Assembly (NCBI RefSeq): GCF_009914755.1 | Contig: NC_060934.1 | Source: the human T2T-CHM13v2.0 reference genome, Homo sapiens | Direction: 5' to 3' (one strand) | Length of the DNA: 64,000 bases | Shown here: piece by piece, positions 1 to 20,188 of the stretch | Layout of the letters: every line of letters starts with the position of its first letter | Numbering within the stretch: position 1 is the stretch's first letter | The notes under the pieces: generated by a model | What the model was told of the DNA's origin: nothing | Seen by the model: only the letters and a program-made list of their open reading frames with translations | Databases searched by the model: none | Translations under genes and position numbers: made by a program

Positions 1-800
1 CGACAGACCCCAGTGTGTGATGTTTCCCTCCCTGTGCCCATATGTTCTCCTTGTTCAACTCCCACTTACGAGTGAGAACATGCAGTGTTTGGTTTTCTGT
101 TCCTGTGTTAGTTTGCTGAGAATGATGGTTTCCAGCTTCATTCATGTCCCTGCAAAGGACATGAACTCATCATTTTTTATAGCTGCATAGTATTCCATGG
201 TGTATACATGCCACATTTTCTTTATCCAGTCTATCATTGATGGACATTTGGGTTGATTCCAAGTCTTTGCTATTGTGAATAGTGCTGCAATAAACATACG
301 TGTGCATGTGTCTTTATAGCAGAATAAATTGTAATCCTTTCAGTATATACCCAATAATGGGATTGCTGGGTCAAATGGTATTTCTGGTTCTAGATCCTTG
401 AGGAATCACCACACTGTCTTCCACAATGGTGGACCTAATTTACATTCCCACCAACAGTGTAAAAGCGTTCCTATTTTTCTACATCCTCGCCAGCATCTGT
501 TGTTTCCTGACTTTTTAATGATAGCCATTCTAACTGGTGTGAGATGGTATTATGGTTTTGACTTGCATTTCTCTAATGACCAGAGATGATAAGCTTTTTC
601 TCATGTTTGTTGCCGCATAAATGTCTTTTTTTTTTTGGGGAAGTGTCTGTTCATATCCTTCACCTACTTTTTGATGGAGTTGTTTGTTTTTTTCTTGTAA
701 ATTTTAGTTTCTTGTAGATTCTGGATATTAGCACTTTGTCAGGTAGATAAATTGCAAAATTTTTCTCCCATTCTGTAGGTTGCCTGTTCATTCTGATGAT
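1..800 (-). mobile_element. L1PA (about L1PA7/8) 3' portion: end of ORF2 and 3'UTR, 5'-truncated, continues left of the window
   Basis: Closely parallels the reverse-strand L1 3' region at ~4740-5540 (cccacttacgagtgagaacatgcagtgtttgg...ttctgtaggttgcctgttca). Confidence 0.9.
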
Positions 801-952
801 CAGTGCACTTTTTGAACTTTATATATATATTTATGTCTAAATAGAAAAGGGAAAAAACAATATTGTTTGATATTAAGGAACATATAACAATGAATCTTGT
901 GATAATAGTTGGTTTATTTACAGTAAGAATATTCATAAATATATTTGCTTTA

Positions 953-1389
<437 letters not shown>

Positions 1390-1417
1390 TCATGTGTTTT
1401 TTAAGCTAATGTCAATC

Positions 1418-1729
<312 letters not shown>

Positions 1730-2075
1730 ACTAATGTCAATCTTACCGCAGGCTTTAGCTCATTTATTTCCAATCTTACATATCCCCCCCATCAATTTCC
1801 TCACTTATTATTTTTGACAATCAAAACTGCAGACACCAAGACTTGTTGTAGAGTTGGCTTCAGATGATGCAATTAATAACCTCTTAAATATTTTAAAAAG
1901 CTATAATTATTTATTGACTTCTTTCATGGAGTCTATTGAGTTTGTTTCTGTAGATAATTATTCTTTTGTTTAATGTTGGTGCTTCTCATTTCTGATCCTA
2001 GCTTTCCTAGATGTTTGGTGATTCCTAATTGTTGTCTGATCTCTTCCAGAACAGTTCTCTTTTGCACATTTGTCC

Positions 2076-2077
<2 letters not shown>

Positions 2078-2130
<53 letters not shown>
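2078..2130. repeat. (TG)n microsatellite, about 26 units
   Basis: Uninterrupted tgtgtg run. Confidence 0.97.
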
Positions 2131-2132
<2 letters not shown>

Positions 2133-2491
2133 GGCTGAATATGTAGAGTGACGGGGTGGGGAGCAGCTAGATCTGACTTCACCACATATCTAATTTTCAG
2201 AAATTCTTTCATTTTCAATCCACTACTCGAAGTCCTTTTATTAGACAGCATCATTGTTGAAATTTTTTGAAAAATATTTTCTTTCCGTTCTTATTTCATG
2301 GAATTTAAGATGAGAAGGAAAGTAGGCTCATGGGCTCAGCCTGCCATCTTCAGATCACTTGAGGGTATAAAAGAGCTCAGCAACAGGGGAGAAATATAAG
2401 CTGACAGCTATGGAAATAAGCCCAGCAAAGTCACTAGAATTCAATGGCCAAGCTCTGGAGTTATGAACTGCAGAATCAGAAAAGCAAGGAG

Positions 2492-3676
2492 GCCTCTAGC
2501 TGCCATCTTGTATTCCTGCATATGTGCACCTAATCTCAGCTGTTCTGCTCGAGACTCCTGAGTGCCAGGTCTAGAGCTCCTCTCAGTCTCTTTTCATTCC
2601 AATAAGATGAAAGTAAGCATCATGAACTGGGAGAAACTTGCCAAACTAGAATCATAAGTGTGCAGCAGTGAAAAAATAATTGCTAGCAGAAAGAAGATGG
2701 TTCATAGAACATCTATAGCAAATAATTAAAAGTTTGGTTCTCCTTAAAGAAGGTAGAGGTCAACAATATTTCTGACACTGAAGAGAGGAATATGTGTACA
2801 AACCAAAGAATGGTGATGTACTTTAGCAATGCTCTAGGTCAGGCATCTCTAGCAGTGACCACTACTATTACAGCCCATGCTGAGACAAAGCAGCTGAGAT
2901 AAATGCTGCCCAGCATCTTAAACCAGCTTGGTACAGACAATCTGACTAGTTAAGGGAGACTGACAAGTTATTCTGCCCAAATAATCTAGGGGATAGAAAA
3001 GCATTTGCTGCTGGAGATGATGATGAGGATGAAGTCCCAGATCTTAGGGAGGATTTTGATGAGGCTTCCAAGAGTAAGGCAAAATGAGTCAACTTTTGAA
3101 GAAGATAAAACTTGAAGAAGTTACTGGGACCTGCTATTTTATATTATCACTGCTTTTTAAAATTTTCATTTATGTATCTGATAAAATCTAGATTTTTAAT
3201 ATTTTTAAGCCTAAGCCTCTTGGACTCTGCAGCTCTTTCCAGGTTTTGCTTATACATTATTCATTTTTTGCAGCTAATTAAACTGAAGAGATGGTAATAA
3301 AATTTGAACCAAAGGTTTAAAAAGTTTTCTGGCTGGGCACGATGGCTCATGCCTATTATCCCAGCACTTTGGAAGGCCAAGGCAGGAGGATCACTTGAGC
3401 CCAGGAATTCAGGACCAGCCTGGGCAACATTGCAAGACCCTGTCTCTACAAAAAAAAAAAAAAAAAATTTAAATAGAAGCTGGACATGGTGGCAGGTGCC
3501 TCTAGTCCCAGCTACTTAGGAGACTGAGATGGGAGGATCATTTGAGCCCAGGAAGTGAAGACTGCACTAAGCCATGATCACACCACTGTACTCCAGCCTA
3601 GGTGATACAGCAAGACCATGTCTCAAAAATTAATTAAAATAAAATAAAATAGAAAGTTCTCTGCCTCGTTAAAAAA
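2492..3676 (+). pseudogene. BTF3: BTF3 (NAC-beta) processed pseudogene, BTF3b-type mRNA copy, disabled and interrupted by an AluJ near its 3' end
   Basis: ATG at 2607 reads MKVSIMNWEKLAKLES* (BTF3b: MKETIMNQEKLAKLQAQ). Later come ggttcatagaaca, ttctccttaaagaag, catgctgagacaaagcagctg, cccagcatcttaaaccagcttgg and DDDEDEVPDL...DFDEASK near 3016-3072. BTF3-like 5'UTR (gccatcttg...cctaatctcag) and 3'UTR, no introns, A remnant at 3671-3676. The symbol names the parent gene; the pseudogene number cannot be assigned. Confidence 0.92.
3331..3652 (+). mobile_element. AluJ (Jo-like)
   Basis: ggctgggcac...ggaggatcacttgagcccagg in both arms, (taaaa)n tail. TSD aaagttttct 3321-3330 / aaagttctct 3653-3662. 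Confidence 0.92.
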
Positions 3677-4240
3677 CATTGAAATGCAAAGTCCTGGGTA
3701 GCAGGTGAAGTTGGCAAGCAATTCAAGCTCCTTGTCTGGAAATAGATTTGATAACCTGTATCTGTCTCCTATCTGTCATTGTAGTGCAGGTTATGGAGGG
3801 GCCAGTCATTTGTAAACAACCAGAGATGTGGCAGACAAGAGCCACCTCATCCTGTCACCCCCTTGAGACTCCAGAAAACTTTATATCTGTCATCTACTAC
3901 CCTCCTCCCACTGATTGGCAGTCTCTGATTAGATATGCTCTCTATTGCTGATGTCAAGTATAAACCTCTATGAGGGCAGACAGCCAGCCATATGGTGACT
4001 GAGTTCCACATGGGGAAAACTAGTGCTTTTTTTTACTTCTTCAGGCTGAGGATGAAAGGCTTTGGGTCAATTATTTCTGGCAATGGCATGGGGGTAGCAT
4101 TAAGGAAGGATTTGTCAGTATTTTTGATGAAGACATTTTTGAAGAGAAGGACCAGGAATTTGAGAGCTTTAGTTCTAGTCGAAATAAAAATTGTGTGATA
4201 AACTTAATATTTATTTCTTAGTGAACTAGGGATGATTTAA

Positions 4241-4564
<324 letters not shown>

Positions 4565-4789
4565 TCTATGTACTTTTTTTTTTTTTTAATTTTACTTAAG
4601 TTCTGGGATACATGTGAAGCATGTGCAGTTTTGTTGCATAGGTATACATGTGCCATGGTGGTTTGCTGTACCCATCAACCCATCAACTGCATTAGGTATT
4701 GCTACAAATGCTATCCCTCCCCTAGCCCCCACCCTGGACAGGCCCCAGTGTGTGATATTCCTCCCCATGTGTCCATGTGTTCTCATTGT

Positions 4790-8575
<3,786 letters not shown>

Positions 8576-8638
8576 TATGATGCTAGCTGGTTGTGTTGCC
8601 CATTAGTTGATGCAGTTTCCTCATAGAGTCAATGTTCT

Positions 8639-9667
8639 TTACAATTTGGTATGTTTTTGCAGCGGCTGGTACCAGTTGTTCCTTTCCATGTTTAGTGCTT
8701 CCTTCAGTGCTTCTTGTAAGGCAGCCCTGGTGGTGACAAAATCTCTCAGCATTTGCTTGTCTGTAAAGGATTTTATTTCTCCTTCACTTATGAAGCTTAG
8801 TTTGGCTGGATATGAAATTCTGGGTTGAAAATTCTTTTCTTTCAGAATGTTGAATATTGGCCCACACTCTCTTCTGCCTTGTAGGGTTTCTGCTGACAGA
8901 TCTGCTGTTAGTCTGATGGGCTTCCCTTTGTAGGTAACCTGACTTTTCTCTCTGGCTGCCCTTAACATTATTTCCTTCATTTCAACCTTGGTGAATCTGA
9001 TGATTGTGTGTCTTGGGGTTGCTCTTCTCGAGGAGTATCTTTGTGGTGTTCTCTGTATTTCCTGAATTTGAATATTGGCCTGTCTTGCTAGGTTGGGGAA
9101 GTTCTCCTGGATAATATCCTGAAGAATGTTTTCCAACTTGGTTCCATTCTCCCCATCAATTTCAGGTACCCCAATCAAATGTAGATTTGGTCTTTTCTCA
9201 AGAAAAGTCCCCTATTTCTTGGAGGCTTTGTTCGTTCCTTTTTATTCTTTTTTTTCTAATCTTATCTTCTCACTTTATTTCAGTAAGTTGATCTTCAATC
9301 ACTGATATCCTTTTTCCCACTTGATCTATTCAGCTATTGACACTTGTGTATGCTTCACAAAGTTCTCATGCTGTGTTTTTCACCTCCATCAGGTCACTTA
9401 TGTTCTTCTCTAAACTGGTTAGTCTATTAGCAATTCGTCCCACCTTTTTTCAAGTTTCTTAGCTTCCTTGCATTGGGCTAGAAAATGCTCCTTTAGCTCG
9501 GAGGAGTTTGTTATTACCCGCCTTCTGAAGCCTACTTCTGTTAATTCATGAAACTCATTCTCCATCCAGTTTTGTTACCTTGCTAGCAAGGAGTTTTGAT
9601 CATTTGAAGGAGAAGGGGATTTCTGGTTTTTGCAATTTTCAGACTGTTTGCACTAGTTTCTCCCCAT
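8639..9667 (-). pseudogene. L1 ORF1, disrupted
   Basis: ORF 8639-9178 IGVPE..ENFPNL..YPAKLS..WYQPLQKH. Start ATG at 9667. Confidence 0.9.
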
Positions 9668-11000
9668 CTTTGTGGATTTATCTACCTTTGGTCTTTGATG
9701 TTGGTGATCTTTGGATGAGGTCTTTGAATGGATGTGCTATTCCTTTCCATTTGTTAGCTTTCCTTCTAACAGTCAGGCCCCTCCGCTGCAGGTCTGCTGG
9801 AGTTCGCTGGAGGTCCACTCCAGACCCTGTTTTCCTGGGTATCCCCAGCAGAGGCTGCCGAACAGCAAAAACTGATGCCTGTTCTTTCCTCTGGAAGCTT
9901 CGTCCCAGAGGAGCACCTGCCAGATGCCACCCAGAGCTCTCCTTTATGAGACGTCTGTCAGCCCCTACTGGGAGGTTTCACCTAGTCAGGATACACGGGG
10001 GTCAAGGACCTACTTGAGGAGACAGTCTGACCCTTAGCAGAGCTCAAACACTGTGCTGGGAGGTCTGCTGCTCTCTTCAGAGCCATCAGGCAGAGACCTT
10101 TACGTCTGCTGAAGCTGTGCCCACAGCTGCCCCTTCCCCCAGGTGCTCTGTCCCAGGTAGATGGGGGTTTTATCTATAAGTCCCTGACTGGGGCTGCTAC
10201 CTTTTTTTCAGAGATGCCCTGCCCAGAGAGGAGAAATCTGGCAGTCCGGCCACAGTAGCCTTGCTGAGCTGCAATGGGTTCTGCCCAGTTCGAACTTCCT
10301 GGTGTCTTTGTTTACACTGTGAGCATAAAACCGCCTACTGAAGCCTCAGCAGTAGGGCACGCCCCTCCCCCCACCAAGCTCAAGAGTCCCAGGTTGATCT
10401 CAGACTGCTGCTGTGCTGGCAGTGAGAATTTCAAGCCAGTGGGTTTTAGTTCGCTGGGCTCCATGGGGGTGGGACCCGCTGAGCCAGACCACTTGACTCC
10501 CTGGCTTCAGCATCCCTTCCCAGGGGAACAAACGATTCTGTATCACTGGCATTCCAGGCGCCACTGGGGTATGGAAAAACAAAAACTCTTGTAGCTAGTT
10601 CATTGTCTGCCCAAATGGCTGCCCAGTTTTGTGCTTGAAGCCCAGGGCCCTGGTAGGGTAGGCACTGCAGGGACTCTCCTGGTCTGTGGGTTGCAAAGAC
10701 CATGGGACAAGTGCAATATCTGGGTTGGAGTACCCATTTCCTCAGGCTTAGTCCCTCACGGCTTCCTTTGGGTAGGGGAGAAAATTCCCTGACCCCTTGT
10801 GTTTCCTGGGTGAGGTGACACCCCACCCTGCTTCAGCTTGCCCTCCGTGGGCTGCACCCACTGTCCAACCAGCCCCAATGAGATGAATCAGGTACCTCAG
10901 TTGGAAATGCAGAAATCACCTGCCTTCTGCATTGATCTTGCTGGGAACTGCAGATGGGAGCTATTTCTATTCAGCCATCTTGATCCAGATGTCCCCTATG

Positions 11001-11070
11001 TACTTTTAATGGCAAAATACTCTATTACTTTTAATAGCCAAAGCTGCAATTACTTTTGAACCAACCTACT
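11001..11070. mobile_element. MADE1 (Hsmar1-derived MITE) partial, right half
   Basis: attacttttaatagccaaagctgcaattacttttgaaccaaccta resembles the MADE1 half ATTACTTTTAATGGCAAAAACCGCAATTACTTTTGCACCAACCTAA. Confidence 0.7.
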
Positions 11071-12699
11071 ATATCCTACTTCATAATGCTTGGCATATAT
11101 TGAATACTTAATAACTGTTAGCTGTAATTATTTCTTTTATTATGTGCTTGGTTATCTATTTTGAATATTACAGTGGATCTGTGTCATACCTCTAAATGCA
11201 TGGAGTGTTCAGGGGTACAGATTTAAAAAGAAATTGTTTCTATATTATAGAGTCTTTTTAAAGACTGTAGTGAGGTGGCAGTGATTTTATAAAATACAAA
11301 ATAGCTGCAGCTACCCTGAAAATTTTAGGCTACAGATAAAATTACTTCTTTCAAATGCTTCTCAGCTCCAAATTCTGTGAGGAAGATTTAAAGGGGAGAG
11401 ATTCTGAAGCCATATACTTAGTCATCCACAGACATAATATCATTTCCCTACCAAGCCCTTTGCAACTTCTGAGGTTTCCATGCTTGTGAGAAAGCAATTC
11501 CTTTCCGGTAAATGGGAGTTAATGAGTTTGAAAACATCTCCCAGCAAGTGAGCAGACAGGAACCAACCATCCCCTGACAGCTTCTAGAGAAATTTGAATT
11601 TTGTCAATTTGCTGACACAATGAAGATTGATGATGTTTTGTTTATATTTTTAAGGCCTTGCTGCAAAACTTTTGCTTTTTTTAAATTCTTCACACCCCTC
11701 CATTTCTATTCACTTAATGTCAACAAAGATCAAGGCTCTAAGTAAAAAAGATCTCTTTTTAAATAAAAACTACTTCCACAAATGCCTAAAATCAGATACA
11801 TTACCTGATTAATTGCTTTGGTGGTTCCCAAGGCACAATTAAAGCCTATTCCGGCAAATTTCAAAGAAAAGCTTCCTTCTTTTATTTAAAATGTCTTTGA
11901 AATTATATTTTCCCTGTCATAATTATAGTTATTCCTTTGTAGAAATGTGTAATGGATTTTTTAAAGACAAGGGCAGAAGGAAGTATGGAGGCCATGCAAT
12001 TAGCCCTAGTGGTTGATGTAGAATTTTTTTTCTTTATTTCTTCAAGCTTCATACTGATCTTCTCTGTTTACCTGGGCCTGCTAATTTGCACATGTCTGCA
12101 TCAAGCCCTCCAAGATAGAAACAGCAGAGTCCAGGATCCTGGGAATATGAAGGATGCTTTCCTAAGAGAAGGGAAAGCCTGTAAGGGCATTTCTTTAAAT
12201 CCACACCAAGCCAAAGACCAAGAATACTGGTTTCTTAACATTTCTGAGACTCCAATACAAGACCTCAATCTCATCAGTTACTCTATTCATTCTCGACACA
12301 AATAGAAAAACAGCTCACATGATTAAGCCAAGCGCTGACCATCTCTGGCTGATACAGGAGCACAGGATGTAAGGAACGGGGGACTCCAGGCCAATTATTA
12401 TATGTGATCTCTCTCGGGGATGCTTTCTGGGAAGGCATTTTTTGTCCCAGCTGGCTTCCAGGCTTCAAGCTGCAGCAGAGAAGTTCCCAGAAGAGAATTA
12501 TATAAGTTTTTAAGAGTGAGCCCTAATCTATCCTTCCTGGGCCACCTGAGAACATCAGCAATATGTTTTTGTTCTTGCATTTTGACTAACTCGTCTTAAG
12601 TCTTCTCTGTAGGTCCCAATTAAAGAAGCATTGTTCCAAAAAAGATAGAACGATAAAAGTGGCATCTAATTATAATTGCATATATATTTTTAAAAATAG

Positions 12700-12880
12700 A
12701 TATTTAAATTGCATAGTTTAAATTTCAAAAGGTACAAAATATAAACAGTTTGGTATAAATTTTCCTCCTGATGCCAGTAACCCAGCCATGGCTCTCCTCC
12801 CTGGAAGCAAACAAATTCATTATTTTCTTATGCTTCTTCCAAAACGACTTTATCCAAAATCAAACAAAATTATGAATGCC
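12700..12880 (-). mobile_element. Ancient L1ME-like 3' fragment; probably resumes at about 23190-24170
   Basis: aatttcaaaaggtacaaaa...ctcctccctggaagcaaac...ttttcttatgcttcttcca resembles L1ME 3'UTRs. Confidence 0.5.
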
Positions 12881-13267
12881 TATTTTTTCATTTTTAATTG
12901 ATACATAATAGTTGTACATATTTATATGGTACATGTGATATTTTCATACATTCATAAAATATACAATGATCAAATCAGGTAATTGGGATATCCTGAAACA
13001 TTTATCTTTTCTTTATGCTGGGAACATTCTAACTCTCTTCTAACTATTTTGAAAGATGCCATAGGTTATTTTTATCTGTAGTCACCCTCCTGAACTATTG
13101 AACACTAGATTTTATACATTTTATCTAACTGTATTTGTTTACCCATTAATCAACATCTCTTCACCCCCTTCTTTAATCACCCTTCCCAGCCTCTAGTACC
13201 CATAAATTTACTCTCTATCAACATGAGACCCACATGTTTAGCTCCCACAAATGAATTAGAACTTGTG
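12881..13267 (-). mobile_element. L1MA (about MA4/5) 3' end, part 1, split by the L1PA6 insertion
   Basis: ttttaattgatacataatagttgtacatatttat...gctcccacaaatgaattagaacttgtg continues at 20405. Confidence 0.8.
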
Positions 13268-13289
13268 GAGGATCCGTTCCAAGACGGGT

Positions 13290-14250
13290 GGATCCATTCC
13301 AAGATGGCCGAATAGGAACAGCTCCAGTCTGCAGCACCCAGCATGATCGACACAGAAGATGGGTGATTTCTGCATTTCCAACTGAGGTACCCAATTTATC
13401 TCATTAGGACTGGTTGGACAGTGGTTGCAGCCCACAGAGGGTGAGCCACAGCAGGGCAGGGTGTCGCCTCACCCAGGAAGCACAAGGGGTCAGGGGATTT
13501 CCCTTTCCTAGCCAAGGGAAGCCGTGACAGACTGTATCTGGAAAAACTGGACACTGCCACCCAAATACTGCACTTTTCCCAAGGTCTTGGCAACTGGCAG
13601 ACAAGGAGATTCTCTCCCGTGCCTGGCTTCATGGGTCCAACACCCATGGAGCCTTGCTTGCTGCTAGCACAGCAGTCTGAGATTCAACTGCAAGGCAGCA
13701 GCCTGGCTTGGGAAGGGGCGTCTGGCATTGCTGAGGCTTGAGTAGGTAAACAAAGCAGCTGGGAAGCTTGAACAGGTGGAGCCCACCACAGCTCAGCAAG
13801 GCATCTGCCTCTATAGACTCCACCTTTGTGGGCAGGCCATAGCTGAACAAAAGGTAGCAGACAGCTTCTGCAGACCTAAAGGTCCCTGCCTGACAGCCCT
13901 GAAGAGAGCAGCGGTTCTCCCAGCATGGTGTTTGAGCTCTGAGAATGGACAGACTGACTCCTGAAGTGGGTCCCTGACCCCCATGTAGCCTAACTGGGAG
14001 ACACCTCCCAGTAGGGGACGACAGACACCTCCCAGTAGGGGCTGACAGACACCTCATATAGGCAGGTGCCCCTGTGAAACAAAGCTTCCAGAGGAAGGAT
14101 CAGGCAGCAATATTTGTTGTTCTGCAATGTTTGCTGTTCTGCAGCCTCTGCTGGTGATACCCAGGCAAACAGGGTCTGGAGTAGACCTCCAGCAAACTCC
14201 AACAGTCCTGCAGCTGAGAAACCTGACTGTTAGAAGGAAAACTAACAACA
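13290..14250 (+). promoter_or_regulatory. L1 5'UTR copy 1 (internal sense and antisense promoter region) with intact YY1 motif AAGATGGCCG
   Basis: YY1 motif at 13301-13310. Ends at ...agaaggaaaactaacaaca, about 100 nt short of the ORF1 start equivalent. Confidence 0.85.
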
Positions 14251-15280
14251 GTCCATTCCAAGATGGTGAATAGGAACAGCTCTGGTCTGCAGCTCCCAGC
14301 ATGATTAACACAGAAGACAGGTGATTTCTGCATTTCCAACTGAGGTACCTGGTTCATCTCCTTGGGACTAGTCAGAAAGTGGTTGCAGCCCACAGAGGGT
14401 GAGCCAAAGCAGGGTGGGGCGTCGCCTCGCCCAGGAAGTGGAAGGGGTCAGGGGATTTCCCTTTCCTAACCAAGGGAAGTCATGACAGACTGTACTGGGA
14501 AAATTGGTACACTGCCACCTAAACACTGTGCTTTTCCAATGGTCTTAGCAAACGGCACACCAGGACATTATATCCTGCACATGGCTCAGTGGGTCCCATG
14601 CCCACAGAGCCTTGCTCACTGCTAGTCTGAGATCAAACTGCAAGGTGGCAAGCCTGGCTGGGGGAGGGGTGTCCACCATTGCTGAGGCTTGAGTAGGTAA
14701 ACAAAGCAACCGGGAAGCTCTAGCTGGGTGGAGCCCACCACAGCTTAAGGAGGCCCACTTGCCTCTGTAGACTACACCTCTGGGGGCAGGGCATAGCTGA
14801 ACAAAAGGCAGCAGAAACTTCTGTAGACTTAAACGTCCCTGTCTGACAGCTCTGAAGAGAGCAGTAGTTCTCCCCAGCATGGTGTTTGAATTCTGAGAAT
14901 GGACAGACTGCCCCCTCAAGTAGGTCCCTGAACCCTGTGTAGCCTAACTTGGAGACACCTCCTAGTAGTGGCCGACTGACACCTCATACAGCCAGATGCC
15001 CCTCTGAGACGAAGCTTCCAGTGGAAGGATCAGGAAGCAATATTTGCAGTTATGCAATATTTGCTGTTCTGCAGCTTCTGTTGGTGATACCCAGGCAAAC
15101 AGGGTCTAGAGTGGATGTCCAGCAAACTCCAACAGACCTGCAGCAGAGGGATCTGACTGTTAGAAGGAAAACTAACAAACAGAAAGGAAAAGCATCAACA
15201 TGAGCAAAATGGACATCCACACCAAAACCCCATTTGTAGGTCACCATCATCAAAGACCAAAGGTAGATATAACCACAAAA
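14251..15280 (+). promoter_or_regulatory. L1 5'UTR copy 2, YY1 motif damaged (AAGATGGTGA)
   Basis: Colinear with copy 1 and leads into the ORF1 ATG at 15281. Confidence 0.85.
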
Positions 15281-16302
15281 ATGGGGAGAAACCAGAGCAG
15301 AAAAACTGAAAATTCTAAACACCAGAGGTCCCCCTCTCCTCCAAAGGATTGCAGCTCCTCGCCAGCAATGGAACAAAGGAGGATGGAGAGTGACTTTGAC
15401 TATTTGACAGAAATGGGCTTCAGAAAGTTGGTAATAACAAACTTCTCCAAGCTAAAGGAGCACGTTATAAACCATCGCAAGGAAGCTAAAAACCTTGAAA
15501 AAAGATTAGATGAATGGCAAACTAGAATAAACAATGTAGAGAAGACCTTAAATGACCTGATGGGGCTGAAAACCATGGCTCGAGAAATACGTGACGCATG
15601 CACAAGCCTCAGTAGCTGATTTGATTGAGTGGAAGAAAGGATATCAGTGATTGAAGATCAAATTAATGAAATGAGGTGAGAAGTTTGGAGAAAAAAAGAG
15701 TAAAAAGAAATGAACAAAGCCTCCAAGAAATATGGGACTATGTGAAAAGACCAAATCTACGTTTGATTGATGTACCTGAAAGTGATGGGGAGAATGGAAC
15801 CAAGCTGGAAAACACTCTTCAGGATATTATCCAGGAGAACTTCCCCAAACTAGCAAGGCAGGCCAACATTCAAATTCAGGAAATACAGAGAACACCACAA
15901 AGATACTCCTCGAGAACAGCAACCCCAAGACACATAATTGTCAGATTTACCAAGGTTGAAATGAAGGAAAAAATGCTAAGGTCAGCCAGAGAGAAAGGTC
16001 AGGTTACCCACAAAGGGAAGCCCATCAGACTAATGGCAGATCTCTCGGCAGAAACCATACAAGCCAGAAGAGAGTGGGGGCCGATATTCAACATTCTGAA
16101 AGAAAATAATTTTCAACCCAGCATTTCATATCCAGCCAAACTAAGCTTCATAAGTGAAGGAGAAATAAAATCCTTTACAGACAAGCAAATGCTGAGAGAT
16201 TTTGTCACGACCAGGCCTACCCTACAAGAGCTCCTGAAGGAAGCACTGAACATGGGAAGGAACAACTGGTACCAGCCGCTGCAAAAACATGCCAAATTGT
16301 AA
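15281..16302 (+). pseudogene. L1 ORF1, interrupted by stop codons
   Basis: MGRNQSRK... (ORF 15200-15619) and EKKRVKRNEQSLQEIWDYVKRPNLRL...YPAKLS (15676-16302). Confidence 0.92.
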
Positions 16303-16365
16303 AGACCACAGATGCTATGAAGAAACTACATCAGATAATGGGCAAAATAACCACCTAACATCATA

Positions 16366-20188
<3,823 letters not shown>

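Noticed and set aside
1970-2254. ORF with a (TH)n repeat suggesting a His-rich metal-binding peptide
   Set aside because: It is a translation of the (CA)n microsatellite.
3112-3297. 61-aa ORF within the BTF3 region
   Set aside because: It lies in the pseudogene 3'UTR and starts at TTG. The true BTF3 frame has an early stop.
11952-12305. 117-aa ORF with a hydrophobic stretch
   Set aside because: No recognisable homology or splice context; the hydrophobicity comes from T-rich sequence.
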